64,000 nucleotides of DNA. Origin: a virus. Of this stretch, positions 17,227 through 27,642 are shown piece after piece (the first letter of the stretch is position 1; every line of letters begins with the position of its first letter). The stretch spans positions 1-64,000 of IMG/VR virus record IMGVR_UViG_3300044839_000009; one strand, 5' to 3'. A program made the translations under genes and the position numbers. Under the pieces are notes generated by a model. That model was not told where the DNA came from and made no database searches. It was given only the letters and a program-made list of their open reading frames with translations.

Positions 17227-18149
17227 AGGTGCCTTCCCTTCAGGGATGCGACCTTGTTGTCTGCGGCCCACGCCTGCATCAGAGCCAGCGCCTGAACCAG
17301 GCGAGGATCCGGAGTAGGAGTGGGCGACGGAGGAGGGGTGGGCACCGGGGTCGGTGTGGGGACGGGCGGCACGACGGTGGGGAACGGCTTGCCGGTGATC
17401 GCGGTGTAGTCCGCGGCGAACGCCGTCAGGTCGACGCCTGCGAGGAACGCCGGGTTGGTCAGGTGTTCGGGCCAGATGACGACCCAGGCCTCTTCCACCT
17501 CGTGGCGCCAATAGGAGTCGGTGAACGATGTCTCTTCGGCCCAGGTGATGAACCGTTCGTCCCCGCCCAGGGGGCCCGGGCCGGCGGGTCCGTAGCCGCC
17601 GGTGATGACGGAGTGGCCGCCGTCGACCGGGGAGGACCGAACGTAGTCCCACGGCTTGCCGTTGCCGAACTCGGTCTGGTTCACATTGAGGACCGTGATG
17701 CCGGTCCACACGCTGCCGAAGATTGCGATGGCGGCCTTGACCTCTTCGGCGTTCGCGACGTTGACGGCCGCGAAGCCGACCGCCTTCACGCCATCCGGGC
17801 CGCCGTGCTTGACCAGGTACTCCAGGGCTGTCTGGATCTCCATCCCGTCGTCCTGGGACGGGAAGTCGGGGTTCTGCGTCTTGTAGAACGCGATGACCTC
17901 GTCCATCGTCGGGTACTTCTCCGTCGCCAGGGCGGCGGTGACCAGGCGCCGGACGTTCGCCCAGGTGACCGCGACACAGTCGCCGTACTGGTCGTTGCCA
18001 AGCATCTGCCAGCCGCCGTTCAGACGGGCGAGCTGGTCGACGGCGGCAGGGTGCGCGGGGATGACGCCGGTGAGGGACCGGGAGAGCTGGATGGCGCGGG
18101 CCCGCTTGGGGGCTCTACGGCCGTACTGACGCTGACGAGGGATGGTCAT
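17223..18149 (-). CDS. Papain-like (C1-type) cysteine peptidase
   Basis: GNDQYGDCVA (Cys), GGHSV (His), FITW; Pro/Thr linker; coupled to the endolysin. Confidence 0.6.
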   Translation of the reverse strand: MTIPRQRQYGRRAPKRARAIQLSRSLTGVIPAHPAAVDQLARLNGGWQMLGNDQYGDCVAVTWANVRRLVTAALATEKYPTMDEVIAFYKTQNPDFPSQDDGMEIQTALEYLVKHGGPDGVKAVGFAAVNVANAEEVKAAIAIFGSVWTGITVLNVNQTEFGNGKPWDYVRSSPVDGGHSVITGGYGPAGPGPLGGDERFITWAEETSFTDSYWRHEVEEAWVVIWPEHLTNPAFLAGVDLTAFAADYTAITGKPFPTVVPPVPTPTPVPTPPPSPTPTPDPRLVQALALMQAWAADNKVASLKGRHL

Positions 18150-18227
18150 TGGGGCTCCGGAAGGGCGTGATGGGGCATGCGAGAGCCCCCGGGCCGGCGG
18201 CCGAGGGGCAGGCAGGGAGAAGGCGGG

Positions 18228-18464
18228 TCAGGGGGTGACGGTGTCGGTCTCCACCTTGTGCCGGGTGATCGTGCCTGACGTGAGATCCGTCAGGACGCTT
18301 TGAATCGCGGACTGCACGGCGATGGCGATGTCGTCCATCTGCTCGTCGGTGACAGTGATTTCATCGGCGCCCCCCAGGAGGAAGCTGAAGCTCACACCCC
18401 CGTCGGCCAGAGGATTGCTGAGCAAGTAGTCGTAGGCCACGGTTCCGTACTCGGCGGTGAACAT
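18228..18464 (-). CDS. Small hypothetical protein
   Basis: GGAGGAG RBS. Confidence 0.55.
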   Translation of the reverse strand: MFTAEYGTVAYDYLLSNPLADGGVSFSFLLGGADEITVTDEQMDDIAIAVQSAIQSVLTDLTSGTITRHKVETDTVTP

Positions 18465-18506
18465 CGGAGCATCTCCTCCATGGGGTGAGGTATCAGGTGG
18501 ACTGAT

Positions 18507-19064
18507 TTAGGTGTGGATCCAGATCGCGAGGAGGCTGCAGTTCTTGCCAGCGGCCGCATCTGCCTGGGTACTGAGGGCCCCGCCGGAGACCTGGTTGCCG
18601 AACATTTCGATGTAGTCGCCGACGGCGAGCGGCACGATGATCGGGGACTGGACAACGATGGTCGTCCGGGTTGCGGCGTTGCCGATCTGGGTGTTGGCGC
18701 CTCCGACGACCTGCACGCCGTTCTTGTAGATCCCTGCTCCGCGGTAGTCCGTCGCGTTGGATGCGAACGAGGTGCACCCGCTGACCAGGTACGATCCGGC
18801 GACTTGGCAGGTGTATCTGCTGGTGTTGGTGACGGTGGAGTGGCCGCCGTCGGTGTCGATGACCTCCGTGTCGATGGTGACAGCGGTCCACACGTTGCTC
18901 GGCATCGACTGCGAGGTGGCCTGGTAGCCGTAGAACATGGGCAGGCCGTTGCTGCCGGAGCCGAGGAGCCATTGCATGGTGGCGGCGACCTGCGCGTTCC
19001 ACAACGCGGCCGTCTGATAGTTGCCGGGGGCTTCGGTGGCGATGACGGGCAGGGTGCGGGGCAT
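18507..19064 (-). CDS. Minor tail protein (beta-rich, C1q-like)
   Basis: DTDGGHS...SRYTCQVAGSYLV...LAVGDYIE; follows the large tail protein. Confidence 0.7.
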   Translation of the reverse strand: MPRTLPVIATEAPGNYQTAALWNAQVAATMQWLLGSGSNGLPMFYGYQATSQSMPSNVWTAVTIDTEVIDTDGGHSTVTNTSRYTCQVAGSYLVSGCTSFASNATDYRGAGIYKNGVQVVGGANTQIGNAATRTTIVVQSPIIVPLAVGDYIEMFGNQVSGGALSTQADAAAGKNCSLLAIWIHT

Positions 19065-19106
19065 GCGGGCACCTCCGGGCGGGGGGCCCGCATGGGCCCG
19101 TGGTGG

Positions 19107-22100
19107 CTAATAAGCGAAGGTCACTGCGTCGAAGGCGCTGACCGTGTCCCAGGTGGTGGGGTCGGTGGCGCCTGCGGGGAGCTGGTCGCAGACGACGGCG
19201 CCGATGGCGTGGGCGTTGGCGGTGGCGCTGATGGTGAGGACCGCGGATGTCCATCCGGTGGAGGTCGCGCCGACTGCAGTGACGGTGACCTGCTCCGCGA
19301 GCGAGGTGCCCGGCTCGAGGGTGAGGACTTCACCGACCGCGAGTTGGGCGGCCAGTACGTTGGTGTTGTCCTGGCTCGGGTTGATGGTGATGGACGTGGC
19401 GCCGGCACTGATGGCGGTCTTCAGGGTGGTGTGCCAACTGGAGAAAATCCCGTAGGGCGTGAGGTCAGCCGGGGAGCATTGGAGGGTCTGGAAGGCCTCA
19501 CCGTTGTCGCCGAAGTCCCACTGGATGTTCTCGACGAAGCATTCGATCTGGACGGCGGGGACGTTGGGTGCTCGTCGCATGACGCGGACGCGGGTTCCCA
19601 GTTCCAGGGCGAGGCACACCGGCCACATGCTGGGGTTGGCGCTCGGGTGGAGCTTGATGCTGGAGACGCGGGTCGCGGGCTGCTTGTACCGGGACAGCAG
19701 GTAGTTCGCGGCGTCCTGGCATTCCAGGGCCGATGACGAGTTGACGGTCCGGCCCATGGTGCGCGGGAAGTAGGCCGTCATCGACGTCTGGTCCTGCGCG
19801 TAGAACGCCTGAGAAGTGGACTCCTGAGTGACGGTGACCTGGTTGGACAGGTGCGTCGAGTCGTAGTCGAGGCTGACGTCCTCGTATGGCCACTCGCCGG
19901 ACGCTGCGTTCTCCCCGAAGGTGTACATGGGGGTGGTGGCGTTGTAGCGGGCCGAGCGGCTGCGGAAGGTGACGGCGCCCGCCCGGTCGACGTAGTGCGC
20001 GCCGCCCTCCGTGTCGACCACGGCCTGCAACGCGCTGACAGCGTCCTGCCCGTCGATGGCGGCCGGGCCCATGGACGTCGTCAGCCCGGTCTGCACGGAG
20101 GACGCCCCGGTGTAGCCCGCCCACTTCAAGATCCTGGAGTAGCGGGTAGAGGTCGAGTCGCCCACGAAAGACGACTTCCAAGCCGCATACATGTTGGTCA
20201 ACGCGGTAGGACCGGAGAAGTCCGCGAACTCGGCGAACTCGGCGACGAAGCTAATGTCGCCTTTGAAGTTCAGGTAGGTGCCGTTACCGACGGTGGCATC
20301 AACGAAGGTGCCGACGTTGTCGGCGATGATTCCGGTGGGCGTGTACGTCGTTGGCACGCTGTTGTAGAACGCTACGACGGACCCATCCTGGGACGCTACA
20401 ACCTGGTTGGTGGCCAGGTTGTAGCCGAAGATCAGCAGATGCCAGTCGCCGTCGACACAGTTGGTGGCTCCGCCGAATCCGTAGGACGCCCCAGCACCCG
20501 AGGGGCCCTGTACGACAACGCGTGGCATTCCACCTGTGTCGAGGTAGACGTTGATCTGGGTGCCGGATGGATTGCTGCCAGCCCTCTGGCTGTCCATGGC
20601 CGACCACATGTAGGCGGCAGTGGTGATCGTGGGCCCGGTGTAGCGGAAGGCGATCATCCGAACCCATTTGGTCGGGTCGACCGGGCCCTTAATGCCTGCA
20701 CTGGACAGCTTGATGAACGTGGCGGCGCTGAGGAGATTCGTGCCCGGGCTGGGGTTGTTGATCCTGACGACCGACCCGGAAGACCCCGTGTAGGTGCCGC
20801 CCGCGTCGGTCGACGTGATCGCATTGCCGAAGGTCAGGCTGCCCGCCCCGTACTTGGACACCGCGAGTTGCGCGCCGGGAAAGTTACCGGTGGCGTCCGA
20901 CACGGAGGTGCTGCCAGCCGGGTCGTCGAGCTTGTAAAGCCACCTCGGGGTGTGGCTGTTGATCTCCATGGTCAGCGGGTCAGACAGCTGCTGCTGCGAC
21001 AGCAGCGAGAACGCGTCAGTCACCGACGGCTCGACCTTGCCGTAAGTCCCGGACATGTCCCACGACGACGGCCACCGCTCCATAAACCCCGCATACACCG
21101 GGTTCCACGCGCCCGGGCACGTCCACGACGAGGCGACAGAGCCCTTCTCCAACTGCCAGCCATCGACCTGGATCGAGCACAGCGCGCCCGCCGTCGAGGC
21201 GACGGCGACACCGAACAGCATCCCCGCAGCGGACGCCGGGGCGGTCGCCGTCACTGTGATGGGTGTCCATCCGGCCGTCGCCGACCCCGTCAGGACCGCC
21301 GTCGAACCGTAGCTGTAGCTCGCCGGGTTTCCGCCAGCCGCCGTGTACCAGCCGAAAGCACCCTCCACCGTCAGCGACGTCGACGCAGTCACATCACGGA
21401 CGTACATCCGCATCGTGTACGCCTGCCCCGGGATCACCGAGAACCGCGGCGTGTAGCAGATCAGCGTCGTCGCGACCGTCGCGTTCGGCACCGAAAACTG
21501 CATGACGCTGCCGCCGGCCCACGCCGAGGCAGACGCCACGAAGGAGCCGTTGGCGGCGTCGGTCGCTGAGAAGATGTCGGTGGCGCTCGACGAGATCGCA
21601 CCCGCAGCGAAACCCCCGAGGTCGCCGCCCGTGGCCATGACCTGATCGACCAGGTTGCGGGTCGGCGGCCACTGCGCGCGGCGCCGGTAGGGCTGGTACG
21701 GCAGGATGTGGCCCGCCCACGGACCTGAGGCGTTGACCGGGTCAAGGGCGGCGTCTTTGTTGCCCAGCGTCAGCGACGCTTCGCCTGAGCGGACCTGATC
21801 CGTCTCGTACTGGCGCCCCCGCGACACGGTGACGCTGCCCCGCGTGCGGTCGGAGACCTCAACGTACCGGTCGGCCGGGCTGCTGCCACCATTGGCCGAC
21901 CAGTACGGACCCCACGCGTCCTCGACGGCCGGCCAGTTGATGTTGAAAGGGCCGCCCAGCATCGTGTTGACGTGCTGGATCGTCGCCACATTCCCGGCGA
22001 CCTCAGTGACCGACGCGCCCACCTGAAACACGAACTGCACGGCGACCGCCGACCAGCTGTAGACGCTCGAGGTGAGGGTCGTCCAGTTGTAGCCATCGGC

Positions 22101-22532
22101 ACTCGTGTCCGCGAACCAGGTGCCGGACGCTTCCCGAAGGCGCCACCAGCCGTGCGCGTTCGGGTCATACGTCGGCAGCGTCGTCGTGACCGTCGACCCG
22201 GCGGTCTGCAGCGTGAACTTGAAGACGTTCGACTCGAGCCTGAGGGCAACGCTGTTGTTGGCGTCGAGGAGCACCTTGAACGCGACCTTCGTGCCGCCCG
22301 CACCGTTCGGGGTCGGCCCGACCTCGGCGTAGATCGCGGACGACGTGGCGTCGTACAGCAGAGTCGTACCGAACGTGTTCGTCGAGCCGGACACCGTCGG
22401 CGACGCCACCGACACCAGATCGTTGACGGCGTCCAGCGTCGCCGTGCCGCCCGTGATCGAGTTCCACAGGACCGTGTTGATCGCGGCCGCCTGGAACGAA
22501 TCGCTGAGGGTGGACAGCTTGGGGTTAGCCAC
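19107..22532 (-). CDS. Large minor tail/tail-tip protein with lectin-like beta domains
   Basis: 1141 aa, Thr/Ser/Gly-rich, directly after the tape measure. Confidence 0.8.
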   Translation of the reverse strand: MANPKLSTLSDSFQAAAINTVLWNSITGGTATLDAVNDLVSVASPTVSGSTNTFGTTLLYDATSSAIYAEVGPTPNGAGGTKVAFKVLLDANNSVALRLESNVFKFTLQTAGSTVTTTLPTYDPNAHGWWRLREASGTWFADTSADGYNWTTLTSSVYSWSAVAVQFVFQVGASVTEVAGNVATIQHVNTMLGGPFNINWPAVEDAWGPYWSANGGSSPADRYVEVSDRTRGSVTVSRGRQYETDQVRSGEASLTLGNKDAALDPVNASGPWAGHILPYQPYRRRAQWPPTRNLVDQVMATGGDLGGFAAGAISSSATDIFSATDAANGSFVASASAWAGGSVMQFSVPNATVATTLICYTPRFSVIPGQAYTMRMYVRDVTASTSLTVEGAFGWYTAAGGNPASYSYGSTAVLTGSATAGWTPITVTATAPASAAGMLFGVAVASTAGALCSIQVDGWQLEKGSVASSWTCPGAWNPVYAGFMERWPSSWDMSGTYGKVEPSVTDAFSLLSQQQLSDPLTMEINSHTPRWLYKLDDPAGSTSVSDATGNFPGAQLAVSKYGAGSLTFGNAITSTDAGGTYTGSSGSVVRINNPSPGTNLLSAATFIKLSSAGIKGPVDPTKWVRMIAFRYTGPTITTAAYMWSAMDSQRAGSNPSGTQINVYLDTGGMPRVVVQGPSGAGASYGFGGATNCVDGDWHLLIFGYNLATNQVVASQDGSVVAFYNSVPTTYTPTGIIADNVGTFVDATVGNGTYLNFKGDISFVAEFAEFADFSGPTALTNMYAAWKSSFVGDSTSTRYSRILKWAGYTGASSVQTGLTTSMGPAAIDGQDAVSALQAVVDTEGGAHYVDRAGAVTFRSRSARYNATTPMYTFGENAASGEWPYEDVSLDYDSTHLSNQVTVTQESTSQAFYAQDQTSMTAYFPRTMGRTVNSSSALECQDAANYLLSRYKQPATRVSSIKLHPSANPSMWPVCLALELGTRVRVMRRAPNVPAVQIECFVENIQWDFGDNGEAFQTLQCSPADLTPYGIFSSWHTTLKTAISAGATSITINPSQDNTNVLAAQLAVGEVLTLEPGTSLAEQVTVTAVGATSTGWTSAVLTISATANAHAIGAVVCDQLPAGATDPTTWDTVSAFDAVTFAY

Positions 22533-22580
22533 CGGGCACCTCCTCGTGACGGCGCCCGGTGGCGCCCCTACATGGGCTGG

Positions 22581-25500
22581 TCAGCGCTTGTACTGCTGGT
22601 AGGTCAGCGGGTTGCGCGCACCGCGCCGGAGGAAGGCCGCTTCGACGTCCTTGGAGAGCTTGTCGATTGTGGCGACGCTGCCCTCGATGTGGAATTCGAA
22701 GTGGTTGTGGATGACCGCCCCACCGCCGCCGGCGCTGGCGAGCCCAAGGCCGCGGCCGCCAATCGATCCGGCGCCGACGACTGCGCTGGCGAGGTTCGTC
22801 GCCGCCGTCGTCGCATGGTGGCTGCCGTGCTGGATGCCCAGTGCGAGGCCTTGCGGGATGAACTTGCCGAGTTCCGCGAAGACCCGCGACGGCGAGTGGA
22901 TCCCGAGGGCTTTCTCGATGGCTTTCCGCATAGCCTTGGCGATCTTCATCATCTGCTTCTCGATCGCCTTCTCCTGCGACTTCAGCCCCTTGACGAGGCC
23001 CTTCGCCGATTTGATGCCCGCCCCGTACATGGAGTCGGCGACGGCCGCGCCGGTGGAGTTCGCGGCGGTCTTCATCTGGCCCTGCATGCTGTTCAGCTGG
23101 GCGATAGTGCCCTTACTGGCCCCGGCCAGGGCTGCCGCCGTCGCTCCTCCCTGGTCAACTCCGGCGGCGGCGATCTGTGCGACTAGGTCCGAGCTGAGGC
23201 CCTTCTTCTTCAGGGCCTGCAGCTGTGCCGCGAACTGGGTCGCCTTCTGGACCTGTTCGCGCATGTTGTTGACGACGTCCTGCGAGGTGAGGGCGAAGCC
23301 CTCCTGCGGGGCGGTCGTCACGACAGATGCGGACTGCATGATGCCGGAGGCGACACTGTTGCGCTCCGACGTCCACGACTTCTGCAGGTCGGCGAGCTTC
23401 TTCTGCGCGGACTTGAGCCTCTTCGCCACCGAGTCGCGCTTGTTGGCGAGCGACATCAACAGCCTGTCGTCCTTGGCCATTGCCGCCTGGAGCTTCTTGT
23501 GGTGGCTGCCGAAATCCACATACAGGTTTCGGGCGAGGCGTTGTGTCGCCGACCGCACCCGCGCGGTGCTGCCGGTGAGCCCGTCGATGAGGCCGTGCAT
23601 GACCCAGGCGCCGAGTGCCTTGAACTTCTTGCTCGGGCTTGCGATACCCAACTCGCTGGCGAACGTTGACTGGGTGGCCACCGCGGCGCCTCGCATCGAC
23701 GCCACCACGCCGCCCGTGCCGCCGGTGATGCCGTCCGCCAGGCCCTGCATGAGGGCGATGCCGGAGTGGAGAGTCCAGCCGCGGCCGGAAAACGGCCCCT
23801 CCTTCGCTGGGGAGAACGGCAGCAGGTTCCGGGCCGCGTTGAGCGCTGACCTCACGGCGTTCGCCGGGGCTGAGATCATGCTCTTGATGCCGTTGACGAA
23901 GCCCTGCAGCAGGGACTTGCCGGAGTTGTACAGGTAGGAGCCGAGGCTTCCGAGGGCGCCGATGACACGCTTGGGTAGCCCCCTCACCCACGCGACGGCG
24001 AGCATGGCGACCGCGATGTTGGCCTGCTTGAAGCGCTGCCAGGCAGACGATGCGGCGTTGTACAGGTTGGCGCCCAGGGATGCGATGCCGCCGATGATGC
24101 GGCCCGGCAGTGCGGTGACCCAGCTGATCAGGGTGCGGCCCACTGCGACCGTCGCGCGGTAGGCGGCCGAGAACCCGGCGGTGATCTGCTTCCAGTGCTT
24201 GACGATGTAGGCGACCGCAAGGCCGATCGGTCCGGCGAGCAGCCCGATGAGGAGCACCCAGTGGGATTTGACGAAGTTCACGCAGAAGCCGACGGCGGCA
24301 TTCACCGCTGACTTGATCTGTGACCAGTATTTGATCACGCCGAGGACTGCCAGCCCGATCGGGCCGGTGATCAGCGCGAGGATCAGCTGCCAGTGCGCCT
24401 TGACGAAGTTGATCACGAAGGAGACGGCGGTAGCGATCGCGTGGAAGGTCGCGTTCACGGCATTCCGGAACCACGTGAAGTGCGTGTAGGCGTAGACCAG
24501 GCCCGCGACCAGTGCGGCGATCGCCAGCACGATCAGCATGATCGGGTTGGCGTCCATCGCGACGTTCAGCGCCCACTGCGCGACCGCAGCAGCCTTCTCT
24601 GCGATCGCCGACGCGATCAAGGCGATCTTCTGAGCCGTCCACGCCGCCGCAGCCCGGAGTCCAGCCAACGCCGACGCCGCCATCGACTTCGTGAAGTTCA
24701 GCGCCGCCAACGAAGCAGACTTCATCGCCCCGCCAACAGCGCGGACCCCCGAAGCCAGACCGCCCCACGCCGCCTTGCCGGCCGAGGCACTCACGCGGCC
24801 CACGCTCAACGCAAACGACTTCACCGCACCCGTGGCGCTCCTTGCCCCGGATGCCGCCATGCTGAACCCGCTGCGCAACTTCCCGCCGAAAGTTCCAGCG
24901 GCCCCGGTGGCTTCGGACGCCGCCGAGCTGGCGCTACGGAAGCCGCGAACCAGATTCGCGCTCGCCTTGCCCGCGCCGCCCAGGGCCGACGTGAACGGCT
25001 TGAGAGCGCCGCCGATGAACTTCAGCACCGAGCCGGCCAGGATGATGCCGATCGCGGCAGCCAGAACTTTCGTGGCGGCCGTGTGCTGGGTGAAGAATCC
25101 GATGACGGCCGACACGATCGGAATGAGCTTCGTGCCGATGGTGATCGCCGTTGTGGCGACGCGCTCCTTGAGCTGCGCCATCTGCACGTTGAACGTCTTC
25201 TGGGTCTGCGCCCAGCCCTCAACGTCCTTCCCGGCGTGCTTACTGGCTTCGCCGACCGCGGCGACGTTCTTGTTGAAGTCGCTGGCGTTCTCACCGCCGA
25301 GCATGAGCGCGGTGTTGAGGCCAGTGGCGCCGCCCATCATCTTCTTCATCGCCGCGTTGTAGGTCTCGGCCGCCGGACCGCCGCGCTTGAGCGCGTCATT
25401 GAAGCCGTGGGACTTCTCGTACAGGGCGAGAAACTGGGCGCCGAGGACGTGCTGGTCGGCTGGGAGAGCCTTGATCGACTTGTTGTAGTTTTTGACACTG

Positions 25501-26468
25501 GTGGATCCGTTGGCGAGGCCGTCGGCCAGGTGCTTCACGGTGGGTGGCATCGAGCCGAGCATCGTTTTGAGGTCGGCCGATGCCTGCTTGGTCTTGTTGA
25601 ACGTGGACAGCAGGACCGTCCCCGCCTTGCCCATGTGAGTCAGGACGGCCTTCTGCAGCAAGTCGATGGTGCCAGTCAGGCCGCGCTTCCCGAGGTGCGT
25701 GGAGACGTCGTTGCTGGAGATGCCCAGCCTCTGCATCTCTTGGACGGCGACGTTGTTCGGTGCCTGCAAGGAGCGAATGGAGAACGCCAACTCCTGGGTG
25801 GCTTCGCGCGCCGACGTGCCGTGGTTGGTGAGGGTGGCGATGGCGCCGCCGACCTCGGCGAATTTCAGGTGTGCGGAGGCGGCGATCGGCAGGACCGTCG
25901 ACAGTGATCCGGCGAACTCGGCGAACGTCATCTTGCCGTGGCCGACGGCGGCGATCATCTGGTTGGTGATGGTCACGGCCGCCGACGCGGGCATGTGGTA
26001 GCTCTTGAGCGCAGAGGTCACCGCGTTGGTGACCTCCGCGAGCGGAGCCTGCTCCGCGCGGGCGCCCTGCGCCGCCACTCGCAGCACCTCGAGCCCGGCC
26101 TTGCCGTGGAACCCGGCGGACTCCACCATGTACATGCCGTCGGCGAGTTCCTTGGTGCCGGTGCCCGTCTGTACGGCGACGCTCTTGACCCCGTCGGACA
26201 CCATTTTCAGCTTGCCCTGCGACTCGCCGGCCGTGGTGACGAGCTTTTGCATCGACGCCTGGAAGTCGCCGGCCATCTTGACGCTAACGGCCGCGATGCC
26301 CAGTCCAGCAATGGTGGTGGCCTTGCCGACCTTGGTCATCATGCCGCCGAGGCCGCCCATGCGCTGCGTAAAAGACTCGCCGCGCACCGCCGCCTCACCC
26401 AGGCCGCGAGCGAACGGGGCGGTCTCCACCCGGAGGACAGCGAACAGGTCGGCAACCTCAGCGCCCAT
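22581..26468 (-). CDS. Tape measure protein
   Basis: About 1295 aa, Ala/Gly-rich; PFSPAKEGP and LGIHSPSRVF motifs; hydrophobic repeats. Confidence 0.92.
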   Translation of the reverse strand: MGAEVADLFAVLRVETAPFARGLGEAAVRGESFTQRMGGLGGMMTKVGKATTIAGLGIAAVSVKMAGDFQASMQKLVTTAGESQGKLKMVSDGVKSVAVQTGTGTKELADGMYMVESAGFHGKAGLEVLRVAAQGARAEQAPLAEVTNAVTSALKSYHMPASAAVTITNQMIAAVGHGKMTFAEFAGSLSTVLPIAASAHLKFAEVGGAIATLTNHGTSAREATQELAFSIRSLQAPNNVAVQEMQRLGISSNDVSTHLGKRGLTGTIDLLQKAVLTHMGKAGTVLLSTFNKTKQASADLKTMLGSMPPTVKHLADGLANGSTSVKNYNKSIKALPADQHVLGAQFLALYEKSHGFNDALKRGGPAAETYNAAMKKMMGGATGLNTALMLGGENASDFNKNVAAVGEASKHAGKDVEGWAQTQKTFNVQMAQLKERVATTAITIGTKLIPIVSAVIGFFTQHTAATKVLAAAIGIILAGSVLKFIGGALKPFTSALGGAGKASANLVRGFRSASSAASEATGAAGTFGGKLRSGFSMAASGARSATGAVKSFALSVGRVSASAGKAAWGGLASGVRAVGGAMKSASLAALNFTKSMAASALAGLRAAAAWTAQKIALIASAIAEKAAAVAQWALNVAMDANPIMLIVLAIAALVAGLVYAYTHFTWFRNAVNATFHAIATAVSFVINFVKAHWQLILALITGPIGLAVLGVIKYWSQIKSAVNAAVGFCVNFVKSHWVLLIGLLAGPIGLAVAYIVKHWKQITAGFSAAYRATVAVGRTLISWVTALPGRIIGGIASLGANLYNAASSAWQRFKQANIAVAMLAVAWVRGLPKRVIGALGSLGSYLYNSGKSLLQGFVNGIKSMISAPANAVRSALNAARNLLPFSPAKEGPFSGRGWTLHSGIALMQGLADGITGGTGGVVASMRGAAVATQSTFASELGIASPSKKFKALGAWVMHGLIDGLTGSTARVRSATQRLARNLYVDFGSHHKKLQAAMAKDDRLLMSLANKRDSVAKRLKSAQKKLADLQKSWTSERNSVASGIMQSASVVTTAPQEGFALTSQDVVNNMREQVQKATQFAAQLQALKKKGLSSDLVAQIAAAGVDQGGATAAALAGASKGTIAQLNSMQGQMKTAANSTGAAVADSMYGAGIKSAKGLVKGLKSQEKAIEKQMMKIAKAMRKAIEKALGIHSPSRVFAELGKFIPQGLALGIQHGSHHATTAATNLASAVVGAGSIGGRGLGLASAGGGGAVIHNHFEFHIEGSVATIDKLSKDVEAAFLRRGARNPLTYQQYKR

Positions 26469-26515
26469 GGCGAACCCCCTTGGCAATCGATCAGGGGCCG
26501 CTACGGTGTGGCGGC

Positions 26516-26908
26516 ATGAGAACACGAAGAGCAGCGGCAGCGTTGGTGTTGTGTGCGGGAATGGCCCTGGCGGGCTGCGGGAGCAGTGGCGGTTCGACAA
26601 GCCCGGCCAGTAGTCCAGCGGAGCCGGTCCCTCAGGAGGTGCGGGACCTCGACGTAGCCGACTTCGGCAACGCCAGCGCGCAGGCCGCCTACGACAAGGC
26701 GTTCACGACCCTGTCCGGACGCTGCAAAGAGAAGGGCGTAGGACTCGCCAACGAAGTCGGCGAAGTGCTGAAACTCCTCAAGGAGAGCGGCGTGCACGAC
26801 GAGACCCGGCTCACCGTCATGCAGCACATGACCCAGTCCATCCCCGCCGGCCAGAAGATGAGCTGCGCCGACATCGGCGGCGCCTACGTCACCCTGCGCA
26901 CCACCTGA
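26516..26908 (+). CDS. Lipoprotein moron on the opposite strand to the tail operon
   Basis: Signal peptide with lipobox LAGC; own TTGGCA-N16-TACGGT promoter-like site. Confidence 0.75.
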   Translation: MRTRRAAAALVLCAGMALAGCGSSGGSTSPASSPAEPVPQEVRDLDVADFGNASAQAAYDKAFTTLSGRCKEKGVGLANEVGEVLKLLKESGVHDETRLTVMQHMTQSIPAGQKMSCADIGGAYVTLRTT

Positions 26909-27364
26909 TCAGATACGTGGCCAGCCCGGGCGGTACACCATCTGGTACAGCTGCGGAGCGACGACCCGCACTCCGAAATCGAAGGCGGGCTTCAGGAACG
27001 GGTACGTCGCGCCGTTTTTCAGGCCCGTCTCCAGGTACAGCCCGTACTTGCTGGACTGGGTGCGCCCGTAAGGCGGGGTGAAGCCGACCCCGGTGCCGAC
27101 TCTCGTCTCCCACCCGCCGCCCGTGAACACCACCGGCGAGTGGGTGATGGAGCGCCGCAGCGTCCCCGAGACGACCGCCGGACCCGACCCGGGCCGGGCC
27201 GGTGTCGGCGTGCCGCGCTTGTGCGCCCCACTGCTGGCGTTGATCTTCGCCTGTCGTTCGACGGCCTGGGCGAGCCGGACCAGGACCGTGCGGGACTTCT
27301 TCTGTGCGTCTGCGTTGATCTCGGCGAACAGGCGCGTGAACATGCCCGGTCGAAGTTCCGGCAC
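26909..27364 (-). CDS. HK97 gp10-like neck/tail completion protein
   Basis: SGTLRRSI...YGLYLETG...YPFLKPA. Confidence 0.8.
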   Translation of the reverse strand: MPELRPGMFTRLFAEINADAQKKSRTVLVRLAQAVERQAKINASSGAHKRGTPTPARPGSGPAVVSGTLRRSITHSPVVFTGGGWETRVGTGVGFTPPYGRTQSSKYGLYLETGLKNGATYPFLKPAFDFGVRVVAPQLYQMVYRPGWPRI

Positions 27365-27369
27365 CGCAA

Positions 27370-27642
27370 TCACCCCCGGCTCTGGCGGTCGGCCTTGCGG
27401 CGTTCCCGTTCCATCTCGCGTTCCTCGTACTGCCCGACCATGCCGAGGAAGTCGAGGGTGTATCTGCGCACGTACATGGGTGTGGCCTGCAACTGCTCCC
27501 ACGACCAGTGCATGCGGCGCATCAGCAGGAAGTCCGCCCACTCCGGGGGTGCGCTGTCTCCGGCCCAGGTGCCCTCGATGATGGACTCGACCGGGATGAG
27601 GACGTCCTCGTAGTAGGGGCTGCCGGGCCCTACTGAGGGTTT
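27370..27642 (-). CDS. Tail assembly chaperone, -1 frameshift extension
   Basis: Slippery A-AAC-CCT at 27636-27642; -1 frame open (...MHWSWEQLQATPMYVRRY...) to TGA at 27370. Confidence 0.7.
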   Translation of the reverse strand, partial: KPSVGPGSPYYEDVLIPVESIIEGTWAGDSAPPEWADFLLMRRMHWSWEQLQATPMYVRRYTLDFLGMVGQYEEREMERERRKADRQSRG

